Shown here: positions 37,260-46,274 of the stretch, in pieces | Layout of the letters: every line of letters starts with the position of its first letter | Numbering within the stretch: position 1 is the stretch's first letter | Virus record (IMG/VR): IMGVR_UViG_3300036845_000196 | Span: 1,848 to 65,847 of that record | Direction: 5' to 3' (one strand) | Source: a virus | Taxonomy: Duplodnaviria > Caudoviricetes | DNA: 64,000 nucleotides | Notes under the pieces: model-generated | The model's database searches: none | Told to the model about the DNA's origin: nothing | The model's input: the letters and a program-made list of their open reading frames with translations, nothing else | Program-made: the position numbers and the translations under genes

Positions 37260-37684
37260 GATGTAGCCTCGTTTGCGATATGGATTCCAGAGACCTGCAC
37301 GTTATCGGGAATTACCATAGAAAAAGTGGTGTAGCGGTCCACGGTCGGCAACTGCGCTGTGAGGGTATGAGTCATCTCGTCGTGCATGATCGACAGATAG
37401 TCGTCGTCCGGGTTGGTTGGCGGCCTGCCACGAACTGCTTGATATAATTCCGGCCAATCAAAACCATTCACCAAACGTCCGTCGCACGGGATCAGCACGG
37501 ACGGCGCTGATCCATTTGCCATGATGATTTCACCGGCCCCGAGACCAGCGCCTCGGATATACATTCGCGGCGTGAGTTTTGCGGCACTGACTCGCATGAT
37601 GCTATCCGGCCGCACGACCGCAGGCGCCGCAACTAACAGCGCGCCAAGTCCGGTCAGAAATGATCGACGCGACGGCACCAACAC
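37256..37684 (-). CDS. twin-arginine-signal-like protein with tail-collar-like motif
   Basis: SRRSFLTGLGALLVAAPAVVR; LIPCDGRLV...WPELY. Confidence 0.55.
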   Translation of the reverse strand: MLVPSRRSFLTGLGALLVAAPAVVRPDSIMRVSAAKLTPRMYIRGAGLGAGEIIMANGSAPSVLIPCDGRLVNGFDWPELYQAVRGRPPTNPDDDYLSIMHDEMTHTLTAQLPTVDRYTTFSMVIPDNVQVSGIHIANEATS

Positions 37685-37685
37685 G

Positions 37686-38684
37686 TCAGTTCTCCAGAAA
37701 CGTCTTGTCGTACTGCCCACCGTCCTGCAGCGCAGCCTTGCGACGGGCCATCTCCTCAATTCCAATAGGGTCGCCCTTCTTGAAACGATTCTTACCCGTT
37801 GGATCATTGTAGTTGAAAATTAACGTCCCGTCCGTGGCGGATCGCGCTTCTGCGGCCGTCAGATTCACCACGCGTCCACCGCCATTCATGCCGCCGCCTC
37901 CATTCTGCACCGGCGCAACCGGCGCCGTCGAACTGCGCCGCTGTTGCTGCTGCCGCGGCTGTTCTTTCGTCATGCCGAGAAACTTTTCGACGTGCTGAAA
38001 ATAATCCGTGGTGCCGCGCGTCAAGCCTTCCGCCACCGCGTCGGCATCCGCCGCGTTGATCTTCATTCCCCGCCGGGATGTGGGATCGGTCGCGAGAATG
38101 CGCGCCTCGTCAGGATGGCTGCGCAGCCACGCTTGCGTGCCGGTATCGCGTCCGCCGATGAAGGCTTCGACCGGATCGGCAGCGGTCCTTTGCTGTTCCT
38201 GCTGGCGTCGAATCGGCGCCTGCGTCTTGGCGATTTCCAGATCGGCCTTGGCGACTTCGAGTTGCGCCGACCGCGCTTCGGCCCGCGCGAGCTTGCGCTG
38301 TTCCTGTGCCGCGCGTTTCCAGTCGCCGGCTTCCTGCGCCGCCGTGTAGGCCGCTTCCGCCGCGTCCGCTTCGGTCTTGGCCGCTGCAATGCCTTGCTCG
38401 ACGGTATCGAGCCGCGATTCGGTCACCTCGGTGCGGGTTTGGTCGCGTTCCTGTTCGGCGCGTTGGCGGCCTGCCGCTTCCTCGTTGACACGCAGCAGAG
38501 CGGCAGCCTTCTCGCCGCGCTCGCGTTCGGTCTCGGCCTGCAGCGTCTTGTATTGCGAGCGCAGGTCTTCGAGGGCCTCGTTCTTGACCGGCGGCGCCCC
38601 GCCGTTGGTCTCGACCTTCTGCGTCACGCCTTCCGGCGCGGGCGCTTCTTTCTCGATTTCGACGGTGATTGCTTCGTCTGCCAT
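37686..38684 (-). CDS. capsid scaffolding protein
   Basis: Long Glu/Ala coiled coil; position between portal and capsid. Confidence 0.7.
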   Translation of the reverse strand: MADEAITVEIEKEAPAPEGVTQKVETNGGAPPVKNEALEDLRSQYKTLQAETERERGEKAAALLRVNEEAAGRQRAEQERDQTRTEVTESRLDTVEQGIAAAKTEADAAEAAYTAAQEAGDWKRAAQEQRKLARAEARSAQLEVAKADLEIAKTQAPIRRQQEQQRTAADPVEAFIGGRDTGTQAWLRSHPDEARILATDPTSRRGMKINAADADAVAEGLTRGTTDYFQHVEKFLGMTKEQPRQQQQRRSSTAPVAPVQNGGGGMNGGGRVVNLTAAEARSATDGTLIFNYNDPTGKNRFKKGDPIGIEEMARRKAALQDGGQYDKTFLEN

Positions 38685-38698
38685 GGGTTTGTTCTCGT

Positions 38699-39148
38699 TC
38701 AGTAGATCGCTTCGGGATTCTGCACGCGCCCGCGAATCAGCCGCTGCTCGATGATCCGCACCGAGTTTCCATCGAGTCCGGTTTTCTTGTCCACAAAGAA
38801 AAACTCATCGGCATCGGACGCGCGATACATGATCCAATCACCCGTCTTGATCGGCGTCGGAAATGGCCCTGGATATTTCTCGGTGTTGACGCAGTGGCCG
38901 CACTTGAGGACCAAGCCCACCTTGCCCTGGAAGCGATCCTCGGCGCGTGTCCTGTCGCCCCCGATGATGATGCCGCCCTTGGTGCGGTCGCCGGCAACGA
39001 ACGTTGCCACCAGCACTTCGTCGTAGGACGGCTCGAACTGGTCGATGATCTTTTGCCCAATGGAATCGATCAGCGTCCGGCGCGGATCGCCGCCGAGGCC
39101 GATCTTCGCGGCGATGTCGGCGAGCTTGCGGGTGGCGACGATGCCCAT
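38699..39148 (-). CDS. GroES-like co-chaperonin
   Basis: FEPSYDEVLV, RTKGGIII, GLVLKCG, IKTGDWIMY. Confidence 0.8.
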   Translation of the reverse strand: MGIVATRKLADIAAKIGLGGDPRRTLIDSIGQKIIDQFEPSYDEVLVATFVAGDRTKGGIIIGGDRTRAEDRFQGKVGLVLKCGHCVNTEKYPGPFPTPIKTGDWIMYRASDADEFFFVDKKTGLDGNSVRIIEQRLIRGRVQNPEAIY

Positions 39149-39150
39149 GC

Positions 39151-39321
39151 TTATCTCTTTTCTTCCGGTGCCTTAAGTGCGGCAACTTCGCTTTCCAACG
39201 CTGCGACTCGCTCTTGCAGACGATCCGTCGTTCTTTTCGCTATCCACTCTGAGCGGGTATAAATCTTGCCGCCATAATCTATGCCGCGAATATTGTCAGG
39301 CAAATCGTCCTCGTCATCCAT
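39151..39321 (-). CDS. hypothetical protein
   Basis: AAGGA RBS; C-terminal coiled coil. Confidence 0.5.
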   Translation of the reverse strand: MDDEDDLPDNIRGIDYGGKIYTRSEWIAKRTTDRLQERVAALESEVAALKAPEEKR

Positions 39322-39323
39322 GC

Positions 39324-39563
39324 TTATTTGTTCCTTTCGGTCAATTCGCGATCGATGTCGAGGCACATCTGAATAATTTCGTCGAGCATTAGCACCTTGC
39401 CGCGACGCTCATCGTCAGACGTAGTGATGGGGGGGCCGAGAAATTCCTCCAGGGCCTGCTCACGCCGTTTTTCCAAACGCTTGCGCAACGTGTCGGCCAT
39501 CGCTGGATGGTCGAGCGGGAAGATTCGCACTGCGGATGGGGTGGGGGCGCCGCCGGATGCCAT
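39324..39563 (-). CDS. hypothetical protein
   Basis: Starts just beyond a family-B arm. Confidence 0.5.
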   Translation of the reverse strand: MASGGAPTPSAVRIFPLDHPAMADTLRKRLEKRREQALEEFLGPPITTSDDERRGKVLMLDEIIQMCLDIDRELTERNK

Positions 39564-39571
39564 GGTGATTC

Positions 39572-39915
39572 AGGTTTGGTTCACGAGAGGTTTGTGGTTA
39601 CGGTGCGGTCAACATTGGCAATTACATTTACCTTTTCTTGAAGCCCATCAAGATGGTCACTCATGAGCAGGATCATTCCTGCCTTTGCTGCGGTGATATG
39701 CGTGTTGTCATCGATAGACTGCCGAAGAATGGCGAAGCCGTACTTTCCGTTTCGACTAATTACCAACGCATCGTGGTTCCATTGGATGTCAATTCGACAG
39801 TCGCCCGGCAACTCAATAGCCGCAGCCAAATCCTCGGCAACTTGCAGCATATTTCTCGGCATGCGATTGACCGTGATGACGCGCAGCCAACGCTGGCCGC
39901 GAATGAACCAAACCT
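39572..39915. mobile_element. Family-B cassette (arms 39572-39613 and 39867-39915)
   Basis: AGGTTTGGTTCACGAGAG..TACGGTGCGGTCAA and inverted TTGACCG..CCGCGAATGAACCAAACCT. Confidence 0.65.
39581..39862 (-). CDS. cassette cargo, hypothetical protein
   Basis: Reads through the left arm and stops at its CTCGTGA. Confidence 0.5.
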   Translation of the reverse strand: MPRNMLQVAEDLAAAIELPGDCRIDIQWNHDALVISRNGKYGFAILRQSIDDNTHITAAKAGMILLMSDHLDGLQEKVNVIANVDRTVTTNLS

Positions 39916-39920
39916 AAAAA

Positions 39921-40643
39921 CTACGCCGCCTTATAATCGCGCCGCGCACGTTTCTCTTTGACCAGGCGCGCCTCGCCACCACCGGAACCGCCCGGCAGTT
40001 TGGTGGCTTTGTCCACACCTTGCGGCGATTCGATCTTGCCGCCGCGCGCATACGTGACCGGCTTGCCGCGGAACATATCGCCGAGGTCTGACTTGCCCGG
40101 AGTATGGGTCGGCTGCGTTCCGTTCTTCACGCCCTCTTTCCACGCGGGGCCGTCCTTGACACTACCGCCGCGCGCCCGCATCGGCATTCCCGGCGGCATC
40201 ATCGGCGGACGCGGAGGCATCCCCGGAGCGCCACCTGGCGGCGGCATACCACCGGGAGGCATTCCAGGCGGACCTGCAGCACCCATCGGCGGAGCACCCA
40301 TCGGGGGCATCGGCGGATGGGGCGGCGGCATGGGCATTCCACCGGGCGGCATCATCGGACCTGCGCCCGGACCATTGGGGTGCGAGGCGTTGATGATATT
40401 GACCGTGGTGCCCTTGTGCTTAACCTTGCCGCCGCGCGCCCGCTTGTCGGCCCGATGTTTGACCTTGCCGCCGTGCATCCGCAGCGAGTTCGGCTTGACC
40501 AGTTTCTTGACCAACTTCACATCGGCTTTTTCGTCGGGGTGATTCGCGGGGACAGCGCCACCGTGGGCGTAGCCTTTGGTAAGGCGCTTGGCGCGACTGT
40601 GTTCGACGATGGATTGGCGATGGGCGGCGTGGGGGTGCGGCAT
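39921..40643 (-). CDS. basic Pro/Met-rich protein with repeated xxxGGx[VI] motifs
   Basis: YAHGGAV, MHGGKV, RARGGKV, RARGGSV, YARGGKI. Confidence 0.65.
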   Translation of the reverse strand: MPHPHAAHRQSIVEHSRAKRLTKGYAHGGAVPANHPDEKADVKLVKKLVKPNSLRMHGGKVKHRADKRARGGKVKHKGTTVNIINASHPNGPGAGPMMPPGGMPMPPPHPPMPPMGAPPMGAAGPPGMPPGGMPPPGGAPGMPPRPPMMPPGMPMRARGGSVKDGPAWKEGVKNGTQPTHTPGKSDLGDMFRGKPVTYARGGKIESPQGVDKATKLPGGSGGGEARLVKEKRARRDYKAA

Positions 40644-40901
40644 TTAATTTTCTCCCGATGAAACGTCGACCGAGTCCGGCGTGTCAGACGGCACAGACTC
40701 TCGTGACCCAAACACCTTTACAGCCTTGATATAATACCACGGCTGGGCCGGTTCAGGCCACACCGGAACAACAAAAACCTCAGCGCAAGTATCGATCAAA
40801 GCCCTTGCGGCCATCGCTTCTTTTTCCGTCAGGAAAGCCTGCACAGGGCCCGAATGGCCCTCAACGCCGTTATTCACTGCGATTACCCAGATAGATTTCA
40901 C
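40644..40901 (-). CDS. hypothetical protein
   Basis: Coupled to the portal stop; 3' end runs through a family-B arm. Confidence 0.5.
   Translation of the reverse strand: MKSIWVIAVNNGVEGHSGPVQAFLTEKEAMAARALIDTCAEVFVVPVWPEPAQPWYYIKAVKVFGSRESVPSDTPDSVDVSSGEN
40665..40715 (-). repeat. family-B arm (long-spacer type), unpaired or outer arm of a compound cassette
   Basis: GTCGACCGAGTCCGG..CTCTCGTGACCCAAA. Confidence 0.8.
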
Positions 40902-43081
40902 GGTGAACTATTTCCCGAATCTGTTGGCGTCGGCGGGTTTAAAACTTGATGCACATCCAACGCATGTTGCGCAAGGTCCAAATTTTGGTCATGCACCGAT
41001 TGTGACGTTTGCAGCCCCAATTGTTTGTTGTCGTGGGCGGCGTCGGCCTGGTGGATGACCAGTTCCTTGGCCAAGTCGGTTTTGGCGATTTCCGCCTCGG
41101 TGGCGACCTTCTGCTGGTCGATCTGCAGCTTACCGGCGCCCAACTGCGCATCCGTCTGCGCCTTGGTCTGCGCGGTATTTGCCTGGGTCACCTTGGCTGC
41201 GGCGGCGATAGCCTGCGGATCGGGCGGCGGCGGTCCTTGCGGCTGTGCCGGCATGATCAGATTCGTCGGATCGACGCGGATGATGCCGAGAATGCGCTGC
41301 AGCGCCTCGCGCGGATCGAGCACCTGCGCAAACGACGGAATCTGGAACAACTGCGACAATCCCAACGCCTTTGCCACCCGATGGATATGCGACGGCGTAT
41401 TCGGATCGGCGCGCGGGATCAGATTGTAGTCGTTCAACGCCTGCTGGAACCGCTCGACGGTGCCGTAGACCTTCGCGAGCTTATTGCCCGACATGAAATC
41501 TTCCGGCGACTCGCGTAACAGATCGATGATCATGCCAATTTCTTCGGCCTGCGCCTTGTACTGCCCGCGATGGGCGGCGGCGATGACTTTTGTCGCCTGC
41601 TCGATTTGCGCGAGCATGGTGCCGACTGGGACGTTCTGCAGCCCCTCGGATGTCGGTAGGTCGCCTGTCCCGCCAACGTCTTTCGCCTGCGCGGTAATTT
41701 GTTGAATCAGCGACAACATCCCCGGCGTGATGTCGCGGTAGGGATTCGGCGCGATGATATTGCCGATGGGCTGGCCGTTCGTTTCAATGGGCGACCAAGT
41801 TCCCGGTCCCAATCGAATGTCGGACGTATTCTGCCGGCCGCCCAGCTTCGCAATCAACCCCGCCGGAAAATTCGCAAACATCGCGCAGTCGAGCGCCAGC
41901 CGCCACGCCGCCGTCATCGCCTGCGAACAGTTGCCCAGGATATTGAGCAAGCCCGTACCATAGAAACCCGGTCCCGGAATGTACGGAAACTTCACATACA
42001 TGCGCTTGCGCTTGCAATCGTCGTCGTCCTCTTTCCAATCACGGCGCAGCGCCAAAATCTCGCGCGATTCCTTGTCCATCGTTACGAGATACGGCAGCGG
42101 AATATTGCGCTCGGCGTATTTCTTCGGGTTTGAGCGCAGATCAAGTTCACACTGGGTTTCCCAGATGGTGTAGGGCTGATTCTCCGGACGTTCACGACGC
42201 GCGGGATTGGTGCCCTGGATGCCCGCCACCTTGGCCTCGACAGGACCGGGCGCCTGCTCGGTCGGCTGCGGCGGCAAGTGATCGCGATAGGCGCCTGCCA
42301 AAATCATGCGCTGCATGACCGAAGGCCGCATCTTGATCTGGTGCGTGATTCGCGCGCAGGATTTTAAATCTTTCGTCGTATCCGAGACGATAAAATCCTC
42401 GACGGCAATACTCTGCGATGTTGGCCTGCGCAGCAGCGGACAGCGATAGATTTTCTTGATGCCGGAGCCGCCGAAATACACACTCCAAAGCAGCATGTGT
42501 GACGTGTCGGGGTAGTATTCCGTCATCACGTCGGTAAAGAAATAATTCACATCGCGCTCGAACGCTTCGGCCACCTGGTCTTCGGCGGTCGTCGCGGAGT
42601 TTTCCTCGTCGATCTTGACCGGCCCCTCGGACGGCAGCAGTTCGGCTTCCGCGTTGGCCCAACCTTTCAAGCACGCTTCGAGCAATAGCGGATTGGTGAC
42701 CTGCGATTGGCCCTCGATCGCAGCAGATGTATCGCCTGCAGCAGCGCGTGGTTCTTTCAGTTCAAGGCCGAGGAAATCCATGGCGCGGGCGCGGATGGCC
42801 AATGTCTGCTTGCGCGAATCGTCGTCGGCTTGGATTTGCTCGTAAAGGTCTTCGGCGATCTTGCTGAGTTCTCCAGCCGCCAGATCATCCACAAGATTGC
42901 AGTCGAAGGCTTCAGGCTCGCCCTTGGCCTGCGGCCGATGCGCGTCGAGTTGCACCACCACGCCGCCGCCTTCCTGCGGGGTTGCGATCGTGCCGCTGAC
43001 CGGATCGACCGTGACGTTGCCGGTATCGTCTTCGACGACGACCTGGATGCCTTGGGTGGGTTGGACTTGGGGGTCAGCCAT
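40898..43081 (-). CDS. portal protein
   Basis: 727 aa after the terminase; NPLLLEA, GSGIKKIY, YIPGPGFYGTGL, PVGTMLA. Confidence 0.85.
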   Translation of the reverse strand: MADPQVQPTQGIQVVVEDDTGNVTVDPVSGTIATPQEGGGVVVQLDAHRPQAKGEPEAFDCNLVDDLAAGELSKIAEDLYEQIQADDDSRKQTLAIRARAMDFLGLELKEPRAAAGDTSAAIEGQSQVTNPLLLEACLKGWANAEAELLPSEGPVKIDEENSATTAEDQVAEAFERDVNYFFTDVMTEYYPDTSHMLLWSVYFGGSGIKKIYRCPLLRRPTSQSIAVEDFIVSDTTKDLKSCARITHQIKMRPSVMQRMILAGAYRDHLPPQPTEQAPGPVEAKVAGIQGTNPARRERPENQPYTIWETQCELDLRSNPKKYAERNIPLPYLVTMDKESREILALRRDWKEDDDDCKRKRMYVKFPYIPGPGFYGTGLLNILGNCSQAMTAAWRLALDCAMFANFPAGLIAKLGGRQNTSDIRLGPGTWSPIETNGQPIGNIIAPNPYRDITPGMLSLIQQITAQAKDVGGTGDLPTSEGLQNVPVGTMLAQIEQATKVIAAAHRGQYKAQAEEIGMIIDLLRESPEDFMSGNKLAKVYGTVERFQQALNDYNLIPRADPNTPSHIHRVAKALGLSQLFQIPSFAQVLDPREALQRILGIIRVDPTNLIMPAQPQGPPPPDPQAIAAAAKVTQANTAQTKAQTDAQLGAGKLQIDQQKVATEAEIAKTDLAKELVIHQADAAHDNKQLGLQTSQSVHDQNLDLAQHALDVHQVLNPPTPTDSGNSSP

Positions 43082-43331
43082 TTAGGTTTTTTGGATCACG
43101 AGAGGCTGGGGTTAGGGTGTGGTCAACCACGGGAGGCGGCCTCACGCGGTCCTTGATGTCGCGGAATGATTCGCCTTGGGATACAGCGCCAGCCGCCGAC
43201 AGCAGGCGCTCGATCGCCATTGCCGCCTCGCGCATGATGCTGGCACAGATTGAAGCATTATGCGACGCCGGATTATTTTCCACGTCGTTGGCGCGCACGC
43301 GCAGTCGTTCGATGAGATCAACGTCGGTCAT
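43074..43331 (-). CDS. hypothetical protein
   Basis: MTDVDLIERLR..EAAMAIERL; 3' end reads through a family-B arm. Confidence 0.55.
   Translation of the reverse strand: MTDVDLIERLRVRANDVENNPASHNASICASIMREAAMAIERLLSAAGAVSQGESFRDIKDRVRPPPVVDHTLTPASRDPKNLNG
43084..43127 (+). repeat. family-B arm (short-spacer type) immediately upstream of the portal ATG
   Basis: AGGTTTTTGGATCACGAGAGG..TAGGGTGTGGTCAA. Confidence 0.75.
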
Positions 43332-43533
43332 GGGTTTCCTCACTGCGATGCCGCATGATCGTTTCCATCGCTTTGTCACACGCCAAGATGGCGCCTGCGC
43401 GAATAGCACGCAGGCGCTCGATTTCATTGGCGGCCATTGTCAGCAATTCCGCAAGACAATCGTCGCGATATTCGCCGGGCTGGCGTTTTAACTCCGCCAT
43501 CATCCGCAATTCGTCCACGTCAACGTCGGTCAT
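43318..43533 (-). CDS. hypothetical protein, paralogue of 43074-43331
   Basis: MTDVDVDEL..AANEIERLR. Confidence 0.55.
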   Translation of the reverse strand: MTDVDVDELRMMAELKRQPGEYRDDCLAELLTMAANEIERLRAIRAGAILACDKAMETIMRHRSEETHDRR

Positions 43534-43621
43534 GGGCGAGTCTCCAAATAGTGGTAAAACGCGCCAGCCGCCACGACAGCGACGACTCCGATAAACGCCA
43601 ACAACAGATAAGCAGCATTGA

Positions 43622-43909
43622 TCATAGCCGCGGCCTCACTTTCATCACCGGCATTGTCGAATCACCCTCATCGGTCACCCGCTCCAGAATGCGTTTCTTC
43701 AACGCATCGCAGCCGAGATTGAGCGATCCTGCGTCCGTCCCGCCGATGGTCGTGGCAAAGCCGGTCTTCATGCAGACCACGATGCCGACGGTGTAGATGT
43801 TGCCCTTCTTGGCTTCCTCCAGGCATTCCTCCAGCTTGCCGAGACAGTCGAGTTGGTCGTCGTTGAGCGGGGTGGGGGAGAGAAGGATGAAGGGGGTTTT
43901 TGGGGTCAT
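43622..43909 (-). CDS. conserved hypothetical phage protein
   Basis: LEECLEEAKKGNIYTVGIV; ATG lies in the outer box of a family-B arm. Confidence 0.6.
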   Translation of the reverse strand: MTPKTPFILLSPTPLNDDQLDCLGKLEECLEEAKKGNIYTVGIVVCMKTGFATTIGGTDAGSLNLGCDALKKRILERVTDEGDSTMPVMKVRPRL

Positions 43910-44202
43910 TCGCGGTCTTTCGTGTTGCGGCTCAGTGCGGTCACACAAACTCAGATCGAAGCACGGACGATATTTCCCGAGGGTGTTAAGGCTTCCGTGA
44001 CGCAGCCCACCGCCGGTATCGTCCGCTTCGCTTCATGTTGGCCCGCTCCCTTGGTGCCCGAGTAACGGATGCGCGGCTGCCATCCAAGAACGTCCCGCGC
44101 CTCATGCCTGGTAGCTGGTGGGCCTGGTGGATTCAGTTTTCTCCGCGCATGGGTGACCGCACTGCGATTCGGGATTCCACTCCCCGCGAATGATACAAAC
44201 CC
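43894..44202. mobile_element. Family-B cassette with apparently non-coding cargo (arms 43894-43944 and 44153-44202)
   Basis: GGTTTTTGGGGTCATTCGCGG..CTCAGTGCGGTCAC and inverted GTGACCGCACTG..CCGCGAATGATACAAACC. Confidence 0.65.
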
Positions 44203-44204
44203 AC

Positions 44205-46064
44205 TTATACGTTGTATAGGGCTTTCGGACGCGGCCTGTGCGTAATCCGCTCCCGCTCCGCCACCTTGATTTCTTCATCGGTCGGCGCCAGCCCCACCAT
44301 CCGCAAGTGCCGCAGCGCCAATGTGGCCGAATCCGTCAGGTCCATGTATTTGCCGCGAGGGAAGGATTCCATTTCTTCCATGCAGATTTCGGCCCAATCC
44401 TTGATCGGCGACCAAACCTTCCCCTGCGAGAACATCGGTTGCACCGACAGTGCGCGTGCGTACTTATCGCCCTTCACGGGCGACAACTGCACTCCCCAAG
44501 GCTCATCGGCGTACAACCGCTGAATCTCCTGTGCCACCGCGATGCCGGTTTTCTCCGACTCGATGATCAGAAGATCAACGAGATGATAGCGGCACGAGAA
44601 TGCGATCCACTCGACCAAGCCCCACTCGCCGCCGCAGCGATTGCGCCACATCAAATCGCGTTGCCGCCTTTTGTTGATCGTGTCCCCCATCTGCGGAATT
44701 TCCATCGCCTGGCGCGGCATCAGCACACCATGCAGTTTCAATCGCTTGCGCCACGCATCGATCAACATGATCGCATTGTTGTCGGGATTGTCGGGGTGAC
44801 GGAACGTGCCCCAGATCGTAAAGCCGGACGGACAGTTTTCTTCTTTCTCGGTCGCGGCTGCGTCCAAAGACGCCAGCACGTAGTCGAACTGCGGCCAATG
44901 GCCGTCTTCGGGCGACCAGATGCGCCATTGATCGCGACGGAATAGGCCGCCGCCGCGGGGGGAAGGGCGCTGCTGGTATTGGCCGGCCCAACCGTACTCG
45001 CCGAGTTCACGCTGCAGCCGCGCCATCTGGTCGTTGGGGAATCGTTCAGGCCACGCCGGCACGCCTTGATTGGGCAAGTCGCCGTTCTTTTCGTAGACCA
45101 CGAAGCCCTCGTCATCGAGTTCGAGGCGCGGATCGATCCATCCGATTTCGTTCAGGTACGGTTCATCGGTTTCCTCGTTGACAATGCGTTCGGGTTCAAA
45201 CTCCCACGGGATCATGCAGTGGCAATAATCAAATTCAGGACCAAGCGCGACGCCGCTCACGTCGGACTCTTGGACTCGCTGCATGATGATCACGAGCGCG
45301 CCGGTTTCCAGATTGTTAAAGCGTGACGAGATTGACTCACGAAACCACCGCACGGTCTCATCGCGCACCCGTTCCGATTCCGCTTCTTGCACAGAATGGG
45401 GATCATCGATGATGATGCGGTCGCCGCGCTCGCCAGTCGCGACGCCGCCAACAGACGACGCGAGCTTCCAGCCGGTGCGCGTGTTCATCACCTTGATCGT
45501 GGTTTTGTTGCGTAGTTGGACTTTACCTTCGGCATCAACCTCGCTGACTTGTTCGGTCCCTTCGATGCGCTTTGTGCGCAGCGGACCATATGATCGCTGA
45601 TAATCTTCGGATGTAATCAGCGTGCGAAATCTATCGTTATCGCGTTCTGTAAGCGACGCCGAATATGAAAACGCCACGTAACGGTAGTGGGTTTTCTTCA
45701 TCGGCCCCCACTCCCACGCGGGCCAGAAACAATCAACGATAATGCTTTTGGCAAACCCTGGCGGGACATTAATTAAAAGCCGCGTAATCTCACCGAACGT
45801 CACCGCTTCGAGATGCTCGCACATCGCCCACAACGGCCACCCATCAACGAACGGCGTCTCCGGCTCCAGCACATGCCAAAAATACCGCACGAACGCGATC
45901 AGCCCACCCTCGCGCCGACAGCCCACGACGTAATGCTCGAACCGTTCGCCGTCGCGCTCGTACCAGCCTCGTTGAGACTGCAAATCCTTGGCGACACGAC
46001 GCAGATATTCTTCCGACAGCGCGCGGAATTTTTTGAGTTTTGTCTGGTCGAGCGGGGCGTTCAT
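44205..46064 (-). CDS. terL: terminase large subunit
   Basis: LLINVPPGFAKS (Walker A), IIIDDPH (Walker B), GQYQQRP, ASLDAA, FPRGKYMDLTDS. Confidence 0.92.
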   Translation of the reverse strand: MNAPLDQTKLKKFRALSEEYLRRVAKDLQSQRGWYERDGERFEHYVVGCRREGGLIAFVRYFWHVLEPETPFVDGWPLWAMCEHLEAVTFGEITRLLINVPPGFAKSIIVDCFWPAWEWGPMKKTHYRYVAFSYSASLTERDNDRFRTLITSEDYQRSYGPLRTKRIEGTEQVSEVDAEGKVQLRNKTTIKVMNTRTGWKLASSVGGVATGERGDRIIIDDPHSVQEAESERVRDETVRWFRESISSRFNNLETGALVIIMQRVQESDVSGVALGPEFDYCHCMIPWEFEPERIVNEETDEPYLNEIGWIDPRLELDDEGFVVYEKNGDLPNQGVPAWPERFPNDQMARLQRELGEYGWAGQYQQRPSPRGGGLFRRDQWRIWSPEDGHWPQFDYVLASLDAAATEKEENCPSGFTIWGTFRHPDNPDNNAIMLIDAWRKRLKLHGVLMPRQAMEIPQMGDTINKRRQRDLMWRNRCGGEWGLVEWIAFSCRYHLVDLLIIESEKTGIAVAQEIQRLYADEPWGVQLSPVKGDKYARALSVQPMFSQGKVWSPIKDWAEICMEEMESFPRGKYMDLTDSATLALRHLRMVGLAPTDEEIKVAERERITHRPRPKALYNV

Positions 46065-46261
46065 TCGGATGTATGCTTGATCGCCTTCATCAGTTCGTCG
46101 ATGACCCACCGAGGCACTGGGACCATCTCCATAAGTGTGTTGTGGTCGCTCGACGCCGTGCCAGGGCGAGCACCGGCCAAGATGCGCTTTATCTCGTTTG
46201 TCGCCGCAAGAAGCGTTGGCTTTGCTCTTTGCCTAAATGTTTGGTCGAATGGGGTGTTCAT
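46061..46261 (-). CDS. hypothetical protein
   Basis: Stop overlaps the terL start; begins just beyond a family-A arm. Confidence 0.5.
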   Translation of the reverse strand: MNTPFDQTFRQRAKPTLLAATNEIKRILAGARPGTASSDHNTLMEMVPVPRWVIDELMKAIKHTSE

Positions 46262-46274
46262 TCTTTGTTGTTTA

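Noticed and set aside
40150-40380. GGCGGCAT-type tandem repeats
   Set aside because: Low-complexity Pro/Met/Gly coding sequence of 39921-40643.
5618-45326. Long plus-strand ORFs such as 5618-6604, 11034-12509 and 34896-35762
   Set aside because: Antisense shadows of GC-rich minus-strand genes, with no recognisable motifs.
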